Under the pieces are notes generated by a model. The model ran no database searches. It was not told where the DNA came from and saw only the letters and a list, made by a program, of their open reading frames with translations. The translations under genes and the position numbers were made by a program. A DNA stretch of 64,000 nucleotides from an uncultured Gemmatimonadota bacterium (GTDB lineage: Bacteria; JAAXHH01), in the NCBI GenBank assembly GCA_951812955.1, contig OX638340.1, positions 2,208,001-2,272,000 on the forward strand, read 5' to 3'. The number at the start of each line of letters is the position of its first letter. Within the stretch, counting starts at the first letter, position 1. Positions 9,848 to 21,935 of the stretch are shown one piece after another.

Positions 9848-10730
9848 AACCAAGGCGGATTGCATACCTCCCGCCGTCCTCTCGAAACTCACCGCATTCG
9901 TCCGTACGCATCTGTTTCGATGGATGATGTGCCTGTGTCCTTTCCTGGCCGCCTTGCTGGACACGGCAGCACAGCAGGACACGGCCACCGTACAGGATTC
10001 GACCGCCTTGCAGGACACGACCGTCGAAACGGCCCTGCAGCAGGTCCCAGCGATATCGCTGGAAGAAGCCGTAACATTCTACGAATCCGGCCAGAACGAC
10101 CGGGCACGCGAGGCCTTCCTGCGTATTCTCGGTGACCGGCCTGAAGAGCCGATCGTCCTCTACCATATGGGACGCCTGGAGACGGACCAGGAGGCGGCCG
10201 AACAGTATTTCCTGAAGGTCCTGTTGCACGAACCGGAACACGCGCTGGCGGACGACGCGCTGCTGGAGGTCTCCCGCATCCAGTACGCCCTGGGCCGACA
10301 CGACGAGGCAGTGAACGCCTGCAACCGGCTCCTCGTGGCATATCCGGAATCGGACCTGGAGAACGAAACGCGCTTCCTGCTGGGACGAGCGCTTCTCGAC
10401 GGGCGAAGGCCGGAACTCTCGCGTCTGGTCTTCGAGCAACTGCTCGCTTCGGCGCCCGACTCGACGCTCGTTCGTTCGGCGCGGCTGGCCATTGCGGACA
10501 GCTACCAGGTGCAGGGGGATTTGATCGAAGCCGCCCGCCAGTACCTTAGGTTCGAGATCGATTTTCCGGGCGTGGAAGGGCTGGAGACGGTCCTGTGGCA
10601 GGCGGGGCAATGCCTTGAAAACGCGGGACGCACCGTCGAGGCCGGATACGTGTACCAGCGACTGATCAAGCGGTATCCCGACTCGGCGGAAGCGAAGCGC
10701 GCCCGCGTGGAAAGGCCTGTGCCGGAATAG
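9840..10730 (+). CDS. tetratricopeptide-repeat protein with N-terminal signal/anchor
   Basis: Overlaps the HU/IHF stop by 8 nt. Repeated helical TPR-like segments (AREAFLRIL, AEQYFLKVL, LIEAARQYL). Confidence 0.6.
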   Translation: MTETKADCIPPAVLSKLTAFVRTHLFRWMMCLCPFLAALLDTAAQQDTATVQDSTALQDTTVETALQQVPAISLEEAVTFYESGQNDRAREAFLRILGDRPEEPIVLYHMGRLETDQEAAEQYFLKVLLHEPEHALADDALLEVSRIQYALGRHDEAVNACNRLLVAYPESDLENETRFLLGRALLDGRRPELSRLVFEQLLASAPDSTLVRSARLAIADSYQVQGDLIEAARQYLRFEIDFPGVEGLETVLWQAGQCLENAGRTVEAGYVYQRLIKRYPDSAEAKRARVERPVPE

Positions 10731-10763
10731 CGGCGCGTCCGACGCGGTCCGAGCCGACTGGCG

Positions 10764-13637
10764 CTACCTGGCCGGCTTGAAGTACACGGAATGGTCCGGC
10801 GCGATCATGATACGCTTTACCTTGTCCGGCATTGCATACTCGAAGGTCTGACGCTTTTTCGTATTCCAGATTTCACGGGTTATCCGCTCCCCGTTTTCCA
10901 GTTCGAATACAAGGGGCACGATCGCCCTGAAAACCCGCCCGTCCTGTTCCTGCAGAAGCTGCCCGCGTACCGTAAACACCTTTCCTGCCGCCGCGCTGCC
11001 CTCGCCGGCCGCTCCTCTGCCGGTCTCCTTGCTGCCTGCGCCCGCGTTGCCGTCGCTCGCGTTACTACTGACGCTGACGGACCCCTCGCCGGCCGCCCCC
11101 TCGCTGCTCGAATCGCTGCCTGCCGCCGCGCTGCCGGTGTGATATACCCGGTAGACCGGATAGCCTGTGTCCCGGATCCACTGGTCGAAGAACCAGTCCA
11201 TCTCTCGGCCCGTAACCTCCTCGACTTCGGTCTCGAAGTCTTCCGTCGTAACGAGCTTGCCTGCCTTTTCGCGGCTGAAACGGGAGAGCACGCTCATGAA
11301 ATGGCCATCCCCGATGGTGCGCCGCAGCATGTGGAGTACCATGGCGCCTTTCTCATAGACGATGGCCTGGTAATTTCCCCCGAGCCGGCTTCCCAGGTCG
11401 ATCGCGCCGTGACGGTCGGCAAAGAGCGCCTGGTCCGTGTGCCGCTTCAGCATCTCGCGGAACGCTTCTGCGCCGGCCTCGCGTTCAATGTACATGTCGG
11501 CCGCGTAGGTCGCCACGGCCTCCGACAACCATGCGTCGCGGTACGTCCTGGGGATCACGGATCCGCCCCACCACTGGTGGGCCAGTTCATGGGCCAGGAA
11601 TCCGCGGAAGATGTGCTGCACTTCCGTGTACATGTGGGCGTGCAGGTTCGCGCCCAGGCTGAAGGCGTCCTGGTAGTACAGGCCCCACAGCATGAGCATC
11701 GACGGCAGCGCCCGGCCGAATGCATAGTCGTCCGGCATCTGGACGACGTCGAGTTTTTCGTAGGGATAGGGCCCGAAGATCCCGCCGAAGAAGTCCAGCG
11801 CGGGGCCGATGTGGTTGAGGATCCGTGCCGTGCTCGAATCGGCCCTGCGTCGGTCTTTGTCCACGCTGAGCATCACGTCGACTCCCCCCACGGATACCGT
11901 GCGGGTACGGCTTTCGGAGAACGTCATGCCCAGTGACGATACGGGACGCTTCCGCTGCCAGCGTGTGACGCGCGTATCTTCCTTCACTCGACTGGCCACG
12001 CTGGCGCCGGTCGTCGCCACGGTCAGCTTTTCGGGGTAGCGCAGTTCCAGGTCGAAAGTGTACAGATCCTCGTTGGAATGCACGGGCAGCCACTGCTGGT
12101 TGTTTAACAGGCCGAAGAAGTCTTCGCCGCCGTCCCGAAAAACGTCACCATCGTACCAGAAGGTCAGCGTGGTGGTACTGTCCTTCTGAACAGGCCGGCG
12201 AAACGGCACGGTGACATAGGTTCCCTGCCTCGTGAATAGCGCGCCATCGCCGCTGGCATAGTCCACGCGAAAGACTTCGAATTCCGGGTTCAGGGCGAAA
12301 GTCGCCGCCGTGAGCGGGTCCGCCCAGGCCGTGATTTCCAGGGTCGTCTTCATACGCATCCGCCTGCCGTCATCCTCCATCGTCCCAGCGATATCGTAGT
12401 GGTCCAGGGACAGCAGCGGACCAGGGGTCATCTCGTTCTTCTTCGCACGTTCAACCGGTTCCTGCGCGAAACGGCACCAGACCACGGGGGGACTGATTTC
12501 CGGGTTCCTGGGAAAACCGCTCTTCTGTACCAGGCTGACCGACTCCGCTTCATAGGGACTGTACGTGTAGACGAGCCACCGGTCCGAGTCCTTGAGGTCG
12601 ATTTCGGTCTGCAGGAAGTAAGGATGGGTGTGGGCGAGTGAGAAGCGTTGCCGGGCGGGTCTCATGTCCATGAAGTAGTCCTGGTCTACGCGTTTCAGCA
12701 AAGCCCGGGCGCGGTCGAATACCCGTCCGCCCTTGACGCGCGACAACGCGACGCCTTCCACCAGGTTCTCGTAACCTTCGGGCGACAGGACCAGCACCAT
12801 CCGGTCGAACCGGGCCGTGTACACATCGGCGTCCGTGCGGGAGTACCGGTTCATCTGCTGGCGCTCGACACGGTCCGGCGGCGTGAAGGTGAATCGGCCC
12901 GTTCCCACGAGGACCGCGCGCCCGATCCGGTCGCCGGAATATCCGGGCATGAGCAGGCCGTCTTCCATGTGCATTACGCCGGCGGGTCGCTCGATCGTCA
13001 GGCGGTCGAAGGCGTAGACTTCGTCCTCGCGCAGCGCGAACCGGTAGCCGAGGCGGGCCGTCAGCAAGGGTTCGAACCGTTCGGCCTTCCAGTCTGCCCC
13101 ATGCTGCGCGAAATGGACTTTCCACAGTTCCGACGAAAGCCGTTCTTTTCCTTCCATGAAAACACTGAGGTGGATTTCGGGACGGGCAAGAAGACTATCC
13201 ACCGCGTACCGCTCCCTCAGCCGGATCCTGGTACCCGCATGCCGTTCAGACAGGGAAGGCGCGTCTTCTGCGAGGATCTCTTCCAGCTGGACCTCGTCGA
13301 TTTCACGGCCGTTAATAAGCCTGTACAGACGGGTAAGGGCGTTTTCGATGGACGCGCCCGGGATGACGGGCTGGTCGACTGCGCGGTCTTCAGTCGCAGG
13401 GTCTTCGTTGACGGACCGGCCGATTGCGCGGTCGTCTATCGTGGGGGCTTCGTTCGCGGTGCCTGCCGACTGCGGGGCCGCAGAACCACGGACCGAGCTC
13501 GCCGGGCCTTCGACAGCCTGCGGAGGCGCCGGTTCGGCGCTGGGGCCGTCGTACGCGTCAAAGACAACGAGAGAGAGAATGAAAATCGGAAGGGTGAGCA
13601 ACAACCGGGATATCGGACGTGGCGGGGTGGCGATCAT
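10764..13637 (-). CDS. M1 family zinc aminopeptidase (large, with N-terminal signal peptide)
   Basis: 957 aa. HEXXH zinc motif HELAHQWWGG and the downstream E of WLSEAVATY, i.e. the gluzincin M1 signature. Confidence 0.8.
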   Translation of the reverse strand: MIATPPRPISRLLLTLPIFILSLVVFDAYDGPSAEPAPPQAVEGPASSVRGSAAPQSAGTANEAPTIDDRAIGRSVNEDPATEDRAVDQPVIPGASIENALTRLYRLINGREIDEVQLEEILAEDAPSLSERHAGTRIRLRERYAVDSLLARPEIHLSVFMEGKERLSSELWKVHFAQHGADWKAERFEPLLTARLGYRFALREDEVYAFDRLTIERPAGVMHMEDGLLMPGYSGDRIGRAVLVGTGRFTFTPPDRVERQQMNRYSRTDADVYTARFDRMVLVLSPEGYENLVEGVALSRVKGGRVFDRARALLKRVDQDYFMDMRPARQRFSLAHTHPYFLQTEIDLKDSDRWLVYTYSPYEAESVSLVQKSGFPRNPEISPPVVWCRFAQEPVERAKKNEMTPGPLLSLDHYDIAGTMEDDGRRMRMKTTLEITAWADPLTAATFALNPEFEVFRVDYASGDGALFTRQGTYVTVPFRRPVQKDSTTTLTFWYDGDVFRDGGEDFFGLLNNQQWLPVHSNEDLYTFDLELRYPEKLTVATTGASVASRVKEDTRVTRWQRKRPVSSLGMTFSESRTRTVSVGGVDVMLSVDKDRRRADSSTARILNHIGPALDFFGGIFGPYPYEKLDVVQMPDDYAFGRALPSMLMLWGLYYQDAFSLGANLHAHMYTEVQHIFRGFLAHELAHQWWGGSVIPRTYRDAWLSEAVATYAADMYIEREAGAEAFREMLKRHTDQALFADRHGAIDLGSRLGGNYQAIVYEKGAMVLHMLRRTIGDGHFMSVLSRFSREKAGKLVTTEDFETEVEEVTGREMDWFFDQWIRDTGYPVYRVYHTGSAAAGSDSSSEGAAGEGSVSVSSNASDGNAGAGSKETGRGAAGEGSAAAGKVFTVRGQLLQEQDGRVFRAIVPLVFELENGERITREIWNTKKRQTFEYAMPDKVKRIMIAPDHSVYFKPAR

Positions 13638-13667
13638 GTCCGTTTCCTCACGGGGAATGCATGATCC

Positions 13668-14048
13668 CTAGTCCATCGATTCCCGCAGGTCGATCAGGCT
13701 GGACCTGATCCACTGTATGATTTCAGGTTCGGATGCGGTTTCACCTGGAGACTCTTTCGCCTCGCCGCTTTGAACCCTGTCCCCCCCGCGCCCAGCTTTC
13801 GCCGCGCGGCGGTCCGACGAAGATTCCTGGAGCTTCTTCCTTGCACCGGCTATCGTGTATCCTTCGTCCCGGGTGAGACGCTTGATCGTGCGGATGAGCT
13901 TGATGTCCTTTTCTCGGTACATCCGCTTGCCGGCGCGGGTCCGCTTGATGCGAAGCTGGCTGAATTGATCTTCCCAGAATCGGAGTACCGACGGCTCAAG
14001 GTCGAGCAGGGTCGATACTTCGCTGCTGGAGTAATACAGCTTGTTCAT
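13668..14048 (-). CDS. MerR family transcriptional regulator
   Basis: 126 aa. N-terminal HTH YSSSEVSTLLDLEPSVLRFWEDQF...YREKDIKLIRTIKRL is typical of MerR. Confidence 0.7.
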   Translation of the reverse strand: MNKLYYSSSEVSTLLDLEPSVLRFWEDQFSQLRIKRTRAGKRMYREKDIKLIRTIKRLTRDEGYTIAGARKKLQESSSDRRAAKAGRGGDRVQSGEAKESPGETASEPEIIQWIRSSLIDLRESMD

Positions 14049-15370
14049 CGTTTTCCTTCCCGCCCGCGAACGATCACCCGAATAGGCGACCCCTCGAATT
14101 CGAAGGTCTCGCGAAGCCGGTTCGACAGGTAACGCTTGTACGAATCCGGAACGCCTTCGTCGTGGTTCAGGAAAAACACGAAAGTGGGCGGAGATGCCTG
14201 TGCCTGCGTACAGTATAGAATCCGGGTCGACCGGCCGTTTCGCGCAGCCGGGGGCGGATAATAGGCTGAGATGCTTTCCACGACCCGGTTCAATTCACCG
14301 GTTGAGACCCGGAGCGAGCACATTTCGTGCACGTGCTGTGTCTTCTGCATGATCTGCGTCACACCCCGGCGGGTCTCGGCCGACACGAACAGGATCGGGG
14401 CGTAGTCGGCAAAACGGAGGTACTCCCTGGCCGACCGGATAAAGGCTTCGGACGATTGCTCGGTCCGGTCCACCAGGTCCCACTTGTTGAAGGCGATGAC
14501 CAGCCCCTTCCCGGCTTCTTCCACCTGGGATACGATCCGCTGTTCCTGTGCGGACAGGCCATCGACCGCGTCCACCAGGAGCACCGCCACGTCGCAGCGC
14601 CCTATACTCCGCATCGACCGCGTGAAACTGTAGAACTCGACATCGCTGGAAATCCGGGCGCGGCGCCTGAGGCCGGCGGTATCGATCAGGCTGTATTTCA
14701 CGCCTTGCCGGGTGATCCGCGTGTCCACCGAGTCCCTCGTCGTGCCGGGAACGTCCGAGACGATCACGGTGTCCCTTCCCACGATGGCATTGACCAGGGA
14801 CGATTTTCCCACGTTGGGCTTGCCCACGATCGCCACCTTGATCGCGCCGTCTTCCTCCTCGGCGACGGGTACGGGTTCGGGCATCCGTTCCGCCAGCAGG
14901 TCCATCAGGTCGCCCGTATTGCGTCCCTTCAGCGCGGAAATCATCACAGGGTCGCCCAGGCCGAGGGCGCCGAACTCGTAGGCATGGTTCTCCTGCGCGC
15001 CGCTGTCCACCTTGTTGGCGACGACGATGACCTGCTTGCCGGCCCGGCGGACGACTTCGGCCGCCTTCTGGTCCAGGGGCATTACGCCGGTGCGGACGTC
15101 CGTGACCAGCAGGATCACGTCGGCTTCGCTGACGGCCAGCCGGGCCTGCTGTTCGATGGCCGCCTCCATGGGTTCGTCGGATTCAGGTACCAGGCCACCC
15201 GTGTCCACCACCGTGAACTTCTTCCCGAACCAGTCGGCCTCGGCGTAATGCCGGTCCCGCGTAATGCCCGGGGCGTCGTGCACGATCGCGTCCCGGCGTC
15301 CGATCATCCTGTTGAACAACACCGACTTGCCCACGTTGGGACGTCCTATGATGGCGATGACAGATGACAT
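14045..15370 (-). CDS. der: ribosome-associated GTPase Der (EngA), tandem GTP-binding domains
   Basis: Two G-domains with GRPNVGKS and GKPNVGKSSL P-loops, two DTAG motifs and a KH-like C-terminus. Confidence 0.92.
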   Translation of the reverse strand: MSSVIAIIGRPNVGKSVLFNRMIGRRDAIVHDAPGITRDRHYAEADWFGKKFTVVDTGGLVPESDEPMEAAIEQQARLAVSEADVILLVTDVRTGVMPLDQKAAEVVRRAGKQVIVVANKVDSGAQENHAYEFGALGLGDPVMISALKGRNTGDLMDLLAERMPEPVPVAEEEDGAIKVAIVGKPNVGKSSLVNAIVGRDTVIVSDVPGTTRDSVDTRITRQGVKYSLIDTAGLRRRARISSDVEFYSFTRSMRSIGRCDVAVLLVDAVDGLSAQEQRIVSQVEEAGKGLVIAFNKWDLVDRTEQSSEAFIRSAREYLRFADYAPILFVSAETRRGVTQIMQKTQHVHEMCSLRVSTGELNRVVESISAYYPPPAARNGRSTRILYCTQAQASPPTFVFFLNHDEGVPDSYKRYLSNRLRETFEFEGSPIRVIVRGREGKR

Positions 15371-15423
15371 GGTTGTTTTATTGTACCTTAGAGATCATGG
15401 GTTCGGTGCGATCCGGAGACAGT

Positions 15424-16716
15424 TTACAGTCCCGGTAGATCCATCACGTTTTCCGGGAAGAGTTCCACCGGCGCGCCGACACGCTCGCTCAGGCCGGACA
15501 GGGTCATGTCATCCAGCAGCAGGCCATTGTCGTTCAGCACGTTCGGCGGCAAATACACCCGGTCGCCCACTTCCCTGTCCTTCAACGCGCGAAGGATATC
15601 CTGGCCGGTCAAAAGTCCCGACACGGTGATCCCCGATCCGAAGAAAGTGTTTTCCGCCACGACCAGTTTCGCGTCCACGTTTTCCACCCGGTTGAGCGGT
15701 TCCGCGAGAGAAGTCCTGACCACTTCCTGGGCCAGTTCGGCCGTGACGAGCGTCGTTCGTACCGTCCCGGCCGCCCGGCCGGGCAGCATCCTCGTCTGCT
15801 CCGCCATGCGGGTCTCGAAATGCGAGACCATGCCGACGCCGTTCTCCACGACGGGACAGTCTTCGTAGAAGGACGGCGGTGGCAGCGGCGTGGACGACAT
15901 CAGGTACCATTCGTCGGAAAGGTACACGAGCGGATGTCCAAGCCGCTCGCGGAGTTCTTCCTGCCAGGCGCCGACCGTGTCGATCATGCGCCTTGCGTAG
16001 TCCACGGTGACCGGTTCGAGGTGGTAGAGTCCCTGCCGGTGTTCGGAAAGACCGACCGGTACGATGGATATCGATTCCACGGCCGGATAGAGTTCGGCGA
16101 GGTCGTCCACCGTTTTCCTCAGCGCCGCACCGTCGTTGAGACCGGGACAGAGCACGATCTGCGTTTCGATCAGGATGCCGCTTTCGGCCAGCCGTCCGAG
16201 TATGGGCATGATGTCCTTCGCCTTCGGCGAGCCCAGCAGCATCCGGCGAAGTTCCGGGTCCGTGGCGTGGACCGACACGTAGACCGGGCTCAACCGCTGC
16301 ACGATGATACGTTCGAGGTACGCGTCGGAAGCGAAGGCCAGCGTCACGTAGTTGCCGTACAGAAAGGTGAGCCGCACGTCCTCATCCTGGAAGTATACGG
16401 CCTTGCGCATGCCCTTCGGATTCTGGTGGATGAAACAAAACACGCACTTATTCGCACAGGCCTGGTAGGGCGGCTCATGCAGGTCCAGTCCGAGGTCTTC
16501 ATCCGGATCCTTCTCCACGTCGATCAGGATCCTGCTTCCATTCGCCTGGAGGATGTCCAGTTCCAGCACGTCTTCGCTGGACCAGAACCTGTAGTCGAGC
16601 GAATCCCTGACCCGGGCCCGGTTAATCCGAATCAACCGGTCGCCAGGGACCAGACCGACATGCTCCGCGATGCTGCCAGGATGTACCTGTTCTATCCGCA
16701 TATCACATAACACCAT
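15424..16716 (-). CDS. DUF512 family protein (PDZ domain plus radical-SAM-like CxxxCxxC core)
   Basis: 430 aa. CANKCVFCF cysteine motif after an N-terminal PDZ-like segment. Der-adjacent position is commonly conserved for this family. Confidence 0.7.
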   Translation of the reverse strand: MVLCDMRIEQVHPGSIAEHVGLVPGDRLIRINRARVRDSLDYRFWSSEDVLELDILQANGSRILIDVEKDPDEDLGLDLHEPPYQACANKCVFCFIHQNPKGMRKAVYFQDEDVRLTFLYGNYVTLAFASDAYLERIIVQRLSPVYVSVHATDPELRRMLLGSPKAKDIMPILGRLAESGILIETQIVLCPGLNDGAALRKTVDDLAELYPAVESISIVPVGLSEHRQGLYHLEPVTVDYARRMIDTVGAWQEELRERLGHPLVYLSDEWYLMSSTPLPPPSFYEDCPVVENGVGMVSHFETRMAEQTRMLPGRAAGTVRTTLVTAELAQEVVRTSLAEPLNRVENVDAKLVVAENTFFGSGITVSGLLTGQDILRALKDREVGDRVYLPPNVLNDNGLLLDDMTLSGLSERVGAPVELFPENVMDLPGL

Positions 16717-17128
16717 GAAATTTCAATGACAACATAGCGTCATCACAAGCATTCGTTTAGGTATCTCCATTAACAATTTGCGACTCTTGACAATATAGAG
16801 AATCGAACCCATTGTGTCAAGGGTATTGGCGTGCCGCGGAACCCGTAGATTGGGGGTGCCGACGGCCGGAATCCGGGGGCACTGGAACGCGGACTTTTCG
16901 CTTGCCCGCAGCGCCGCCGCAGGGCTATATTGATTACATTGGCCCGCCGATCGGCATAGCGGGTGTAAGCGATTGAATTTACGGTCTTTACAGGCCATCG
17001 AGCGGCACGACATCGACCGGTGGAACGGCTCCACGCCTGTTTACGGAAGTTCTCGCATGTTTACCGCGTGTATCGTGTATAAGAAGTTCGCGCATGTTTA
17101 CGAATCAGAGATTGCCGGGGAACAAGCC

Positions 17129-18529
17129 ATGACAGCCAGAACCATGTACGAGAAGGTCTGGGACCAGCACGTCGTCAAGGAGATGCCCGATGGGCTTACC
17201 GTCCTGTACATCGACGCCCATCTGGTCCACGAAGTGACCTCTCCGCAGGCTTTCGAGGGGCTGCGGACCGCGGGCCGGAAGCTGAGGCGGCCCGACCTGA
17301 CCTACGCCACGATGGACCACAACGTGCCCACCACCGACCGGTCCATTCCCATGACCGACGAGATCGCGCGGCTGCAGGTGGACATGCTGTCCCGGAATTG
17401 CGAGGAGTTCGGCGTGCCCCTGTACGATCTCGACTCGCCGCGCAACGGGATTGTCCACGTGATCGGACCGGAGCTGGGCATCACGCAGCCCGGGCTGACC
17501 ATGGTCTGCGGCGACAGCCACACGTCCACCCACGGGGCCTTCGGCGCGCTGGCTTTCGGCATCGGCACGAGCGAGGTCGAGCACGTGATGGCTACGCAGT
17601 GCCTGCTGCAGAAGCGTTCCAGGACCTTCGAAATACGTGTCGACGGCGTGTTGAGCGAAGGGGTTACCGCCAAGGACATCATCCTGAACATCATCCGCCG
17701 CACCGGTACCGCAGGGGGTACAGGCGCGGTCATCGAGTACACGGGCAGCACGATCCGCGGCCTTTCCATGGACGAACGGATGACGATCTGCAACATGTCC
17801 ATCGAACTGGGCGCCAGGGCCGGCCTCATTGCGCCAGACGACACAACCTTCGAGTACCTGGCGGGGCGGGAATTCGTCCCCGAAGGCGCGGCGTTCGACC
17901 GGGCCGTGGAGGGATGGCGGAAACTGGCCACCGACGATGAAGCCGAATACGACGAGCGGCTCGGGCTGAATGCGGACGAGATCGTACCCCAGGTGTCGTG
18001 GGGTACGAACCCCGGCATGGTGACGGACGTGACCGGCGTCGTGCCGGATCCCGGCGGGATGGACAGCGAGAACGACCGGCGCGCGGCGGAAAAGGCCCTG
18101 TCCTACATGGCGCTGGAACCCAACACCTCCATCACCGATATCGAGATCGACCGCGTCTTCATCGGCAGCTGCACCAATTCCCGGCTGAGCGACCTGCAGG
18201 CGGCGGCGGACGTCATCAAGGGCCGCCGCGTATCGCCGCGGGTGACCGCCCTGGTCGTGCCCGGCTCGCACGCGGTCAAACGGCAGGCCGAAGCCGAGGG
18301 ATTGGACCGGGTGTTCAAGGAGGCGGGTTTCGAGTGGCGCGAAGCCGGTTGCAGCATGTGCCTGGGCATGAACCCGGACATCCTGCAGCCCGGCGAACGG
18401 TGCGCCAGCACCTCTAATCGTAATTTCGAAGGCCGGCAGGGACGGAACGGACGGACCCACTTGGTCAGCCCGGCCATGGCTGCGGCGGCGGCCGTAGCGG
18501 GGCATTTCGTCGACGTGAGAAACTGGTAG
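17129..18529 (+). CDS. leuC: 3-isopropylmalate dehydratase large subunit
   Basis: [16 protein letters not shown]... and aconitase-family Cys ligands ([15 protein letters not shown]). Start chosen at the conserved MTxxTMxEKxWD rather than the ORF-track start at 16973. Confidence 0.92.
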   Translation: MTARTMYEKVWDQHVVKEMPDGLTVLYIDAHLVHEVTSPQAFEGLRTAGRKLRRPDLTYATMDHNVPTTDRSIPMTDEIARLQVDMLSRNCEEFGVPLYDLDSPRNGIVHVIGPELGITQPGLTMVCGDSHTSTHGAFGALAFGIGTSEVEHVMATQCLLQKRSRTFEIRVDGVLSEGVTAKDIILNIIRRTGTAGGTGAVIEYTGSTIRGLSMDERMTICNMSIELGARAGLIAPDDTTFEYLAGREFVPEGAAFDRAVEGWRKLATDDEAEYDERLGLNADEIVPQVSWGTNPGMVTDVTGVVPDPGGMDSENDRRAAEKALSYMALEPNTSITDIEIDRVFIGSCTNSRLSDLQAAADVIKGRRVSPRVTALVVPGSHAVKRQAEAEGLDRVFKEAGFEWREAGCSMCLGMNPDILQPGERCASTSNRNFEGRQGRNGRTHLVSPAMAAAAAVAGHFVDVRNW

Positions 18530-18563
18530 GTAGGCAGTAGGCACACCCGAAACGGAGTATGGC

Positions 18564-19160
18564 ATGCCGGAACCCTTTACCACACACACCGGTCTGGTCG
18601 CCCCACTGGACCAGATCAACGTGGATACGGACCAGATCATCCCCAAGCAGTTCCTGAAACGCATCGAGCGCACCGGATTCGGCCAGTTCCTCTTCTACGA
18701 CTGGCGGTTCACGGGAGACGGTTCGCCCGATCCCGGTTTCGTGCTCAACGAAGGCCGCTACCGGGACGCCACGATTCTGGTCACCGGGGACAACTTCGGC
18801 TGCGGGAGTTCCCGAGAGCACGCCCCGTGGGCACTGCAGGACTATGGCTTTCGCGTAATCATCGCGCCGTCCTTCGCGGACATCTTCTACAACAACTGCT
18901 TCAAGAACGGACTGCTTCCCGTCGTACTGGACGCCGATACTGTGCGGCGCATGCTCGCAGACGCCGCGGAACAGCACCGGTATACCGTCTCGGTAGACCT
19001 CGAAGAACAGGTCGTCTCCGAGCCCCGCGGCGCGTCTCATCGGTTCGAAGTCGATCCCTTCCGCAAGAACTTTATCCTGAATGGTCTGGACGAAATCGGC
19101 TGGACCCTGCAATACGAGGATGATATAGCGGCGTATGAACGTACCCAGCGTACCGGTTGA
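18564..19160 (+). CDS. leuD: 3-isopropylmalate dehydratase small subunit
   Basis: 198 aa. [17 protein letters not shown] aconitase swivel-domain motif. Immediately downstream of leuC. Confidence 0.92.
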   Translation: MPEPFTTHTGLVAPLDQINVDTDQIIPKQFLKRIERTGFGQFLFYDWRFTGDGSPDPGFVLNEGRYRDATILVTGDNFGCGSSREHAPWALQDYGFRVIIAPSFADIFYNNCFKNGLLPVVLDADTVRRMLADAAEQHRYTVSVDLEEQVVSEPRGASHRFEVDPFRKNFILNGLDEIGWTLQYEDDIAAYERTQRTG

Positions 19161-21894
19161 CCGGCTGCTCGCGCTGTCCCAGGCCAGCGACGAAATGTTG
19201 CGCAGCGTGTTTCACCGGGACCGCCACGCCACGCTGTGCACGGTGACCCGGTGCGTCCACGACCTGTTGGATGCCGAGTACTGCGGCATCTTCCTGGCAC
19301 CGGACGACGCGCCGCACGAACTCGAACTGACGGCGCAGTACTCGGACCTGTCCGGTCACGACGATTCGGCGCCGGTCCGCTTGCGGATACACAGCGACAC
19401 CCGGGGGGGCATGACCGGTCATATCGCCGAGCAGGGAGACGTCGTGCGCCTGCGCGGCACGCAGATCACCGAAAGTCCCTTCTATACCTCGGAAGTGCGC
19501 GAATACCTCGCCAGCAAGAAGCTGCGATCCCTCCTCGCCATTCCGCTCAAGGATCCCAAGGACCTGGTCCTGGGACTCGTCAAGGTGGAAAACAAGAAGC
19601 GGCCCGATGGTCCATCCTCGGAGTCCGGCTTCGACGAGGCCGACGAATCCATCGCCCGCATCCTGGCCAATACCATCTCGCTCGTCCTGGAGCATCTGAG
19701 GACGGATTCCATCAACCGGAGCCTCGTGCAGGCGATTCACTCGATCCGGGACCGTGGCTCCATGCTCGAAGAGATCCTGCGCTGCAGCCGTGCGCTCGTC
19801 CACGCCGACCGAAGCGATCTCGCCCTCTGGAACGACGCGCTCGGCGACCTGGTCGTGGGCGCCCAGTTGGGGGAGCGCACGATGACCATGGGCCGGCCGG
19901 TCCCGGGACCCAGCATCGTGCGCCGGCTTTGGAACGATCCCGGTCTGCGCGAGGTCTGCATTCCCGACGTATCGGCAGAGCCGTACTACCATGCAATCGA
20001 CGTCAGAACCCGAAGCCAGGCGTCGGTCAAGCTTCGGTTCGAGGATCGGGACATCGGCGTACTGAACGTGGAATCCTTCAACGAAGACGCCTTCGACGAG
20101 CACGACCTGGAGATGCTCCAGTGGCTGGGCCACTACGCGGCCATCGCCTACCAGGTCGTCGGCAGGGAAGTCCAGTTCCGCGGGATCGTCGAGCGCCTCG
20201 TCGAACAGTCGCCGCCCCGCGACGAACTGCTCAACCGGATCCTCGTCAGCATACGGTCGATCTACGGGTTCACCGACTGCGTAATCTACACCGTGGACAA
20301 CACGGAGCAGATGCTCCAGTGCAGGTCGTACATCGGTTGCGAGGGATTCGACGAAGACCCTTCGGTGCTGAGTTACCGGTTCGACGATAACACCCTTGCG
20401 AGCAAGGTTTACCGCGATCGCAAGGGATACCTGTGCGCCGATCCCCAGACGGATCCCTACATCAGTCGGCACGCTCTCCACCGGTTCAAATTCAAGTCGC
20501 CCATACTCGCCATCCCCCTGATTTACAACGAGAAAGTCGTGGGCACCTGCACCCTATGGAGCCAGTCCGGGAAGGTGACGCCCGGCGAGCATCACCTGGT
20601 CGAGATGGAGCCCTTCGCCCGGCTGGCGGCCGCGAACATAGCCCTGGCGGAGACCGAGCGGCACCGAAGCACCGTACTGGAATCCATTCAGGAAATCCTC
20701 ACGCTCATGCAGACCGAGATGTCGCGGGACAAGAACCTGCGTCTCATCCTCCAGGGCGTACAGGCCGCGGGATTCGACCGGGTACGCATCTACGAGACGG
20801 ACGAGACCCGGGAGAAACTCGTTGGGATCGACTCCGTCGGCATGGCAGATTCCGAAACCTTCATCGGTTATTCCATGACCATCAGGGACAATCCCTACGT
20901 CGACCACGTGGCGAAGCAGTCGCTGACCCGGCCCGCCGCCTGCTGGTTCGACCCGGCCGACCCCGCCTTCTGGGGGACGGACCCGGCCGCCGCCAGCCTG
21001 GGCAAGGACGACGATCTGCCCTGGCTGGACGTTCCCCTGGTCATCGCGGGCAGGTTCTACGGCATGATCGGCGCGGACAACATGCATACCCGCCGCGAAA
21101 TCACCAGCGATCACCTGGATTTCATGAACGTCGTGGGTGCCCTGACCGCGCAGGTCATCGCCAACTCGAGAACCGTCGACCTCCTGCGCGACCGCACCCG
21201 CGCCGAGGCGCGAAGCGAACTGGCCCAGCGGACGCTACACGCTCTGAAGACGCCCGCCATGGCCACGCAGATCTTCCTGAGGCATCTCGGCGAGACGGTC
21301 GTCGACACGCCGTCGAACAACGGCCGGGCGGGAGAGCTCATGGACAAGATCCGCGGACAGGTCGACCGGATCGCCGCGATCGCGGAGGACATGCAGCGGT
21401 TGACCAAGCTGACCTTCACGCCGAAGCGAAAGGTGAACATCAACGAAGTGGTGCGCCGCACCGTCATGGACGGCCTGATCAGCGACGACTGCCACGCGGA
21501 GTTCGACTTCGTGGAACCGGCGCCCATCGTCGAAGCAAACGTGGAAGAAATCGACCAGGTCATTACCGAACTGACCGGCAACGCGTGGAAGGTCATGGGG
21601 TACCGGGGAGATATCCAGGTATCCACCCGGATGGGTTCATCCGCCGACTATCCCCGGTTGTTGCACGGGAAAGAGGGCCGGTACGTGCTGATCAACGTGC
21701 GCGATACGGGCCCCGGGATCCCGGAGACCATGCTCAAAGAACTCTTCGAACCCGGCGTGTCGACCACCGGCGGTTCCGGGCTCGGGCTGTATGCCATACG
21801 GACCATCGCCGAGGAGCACCAGGGCGAGGTCTGGCTCGAGGATACCGGTCCGCAAGGCGCCACCTTTACCTTCGCCCTGCCCCTTGCGGGCTGA
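19135..21894 (+). CDS. sensor histidine kinase with multiple (about four) GAF domains
   Basis: 919 aa. Repeated GAF-like segments. H-box [11 protein letters not shown]. HATPase_c G-boxes DTGPGIPE and [11 protein letters not shown]. Confidence 0.8.
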   Translation: MNVPSVPVDRLLALSQASDEMLRSVFHRDRHATLCTVTRCVHDLLDAEYCGIFLAPDDAPHELELTAQYSDLSGHDDSAPVRLRIHSDTRGGMTGHIAEQGDVVRLRGTQITESPFYTSEVREYLASKKLRSLLAIPLKDPKDLVLGLVKVENKKRPDGPSSESGFDEADESIARILANTISLVLEHLRTDSINRSLVQAIHSIRDRGSMLEEILRCSRALVHADRSDLALWNDALGDLVVGAQLGERTMTMGRPVPGPSIVRRLWNDPGLREVCIPDVSAEPYYHAIDVRTRSQASVKLRFEDRDIGVLNVESFNEDAFDEHDLEMLQWLGHYAAIAYQVVGREVQFRGIVERLVEQSPPRDELLNRILVSIRSIYGFTDCVIYTVDNTEQMLQCRSYIGCEGFDEDPSVLSYRFDDNTLASKVYRDRKGYLCADPQTDPYISRHALHRFKFKSPILAIPLIYNEKVVGTCTLWSQSGKVTPGEHHLVEMEPFARLAAANIALAETERHRSTVLESIQEILTLMQTEMSRDKNLRLILQGVQAAGFDRVRIYETDETREKLVGIDSVGMADSETFIGYSMTIRDNPYVDHVAKQSLTRPAACWFDPADPAFWGTDPAAASLGKDDDLPWLDVPLVIAGRFYGMIGADNMHTRREITSDHLDFMNVVGALTAQVIANSRTVDLLRDRTRAEARSELAQRTLHALKTPAMATQIFLRHLGETVVDTPSNNGRAGELMDKIRGQVDRIAAIAEDMQRLTKLTFTPKRKVNINEVVRRTVMDGLISDDCHAEFDFVEPAPIVEANVEEIDQVITELTGNAWKVMGYRGDIQVSTRMGSSADYPRLLHGKEGRYVLINVRDTGPGIPETMLKELFEPGVSTTGGSGLGLYAIRTIAEEHQGEVWLEDTGPQGATFTFALPLAG

Positions 21895-21935
21895 ACGACA
21901 TTCCGGGCACGGACAAACTCACTGACGGGCATGCC

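Noticed and set aside
10791-11936. 381-aa plus-strand ORF
   Set aside because: Antisense shadow of the M1 aminopeptidase.
14327-15367. 346-aa plus-strand ORF
   Set aside because: Antisense shadow of der.
19072-20481. 469-aa minus-strand ORF and other long minus-strand ORFs through 19.0-23.7 kb
   Set aside because: Antisense to the kinase and response regulator genes. Typical GC-rich spurious frames.
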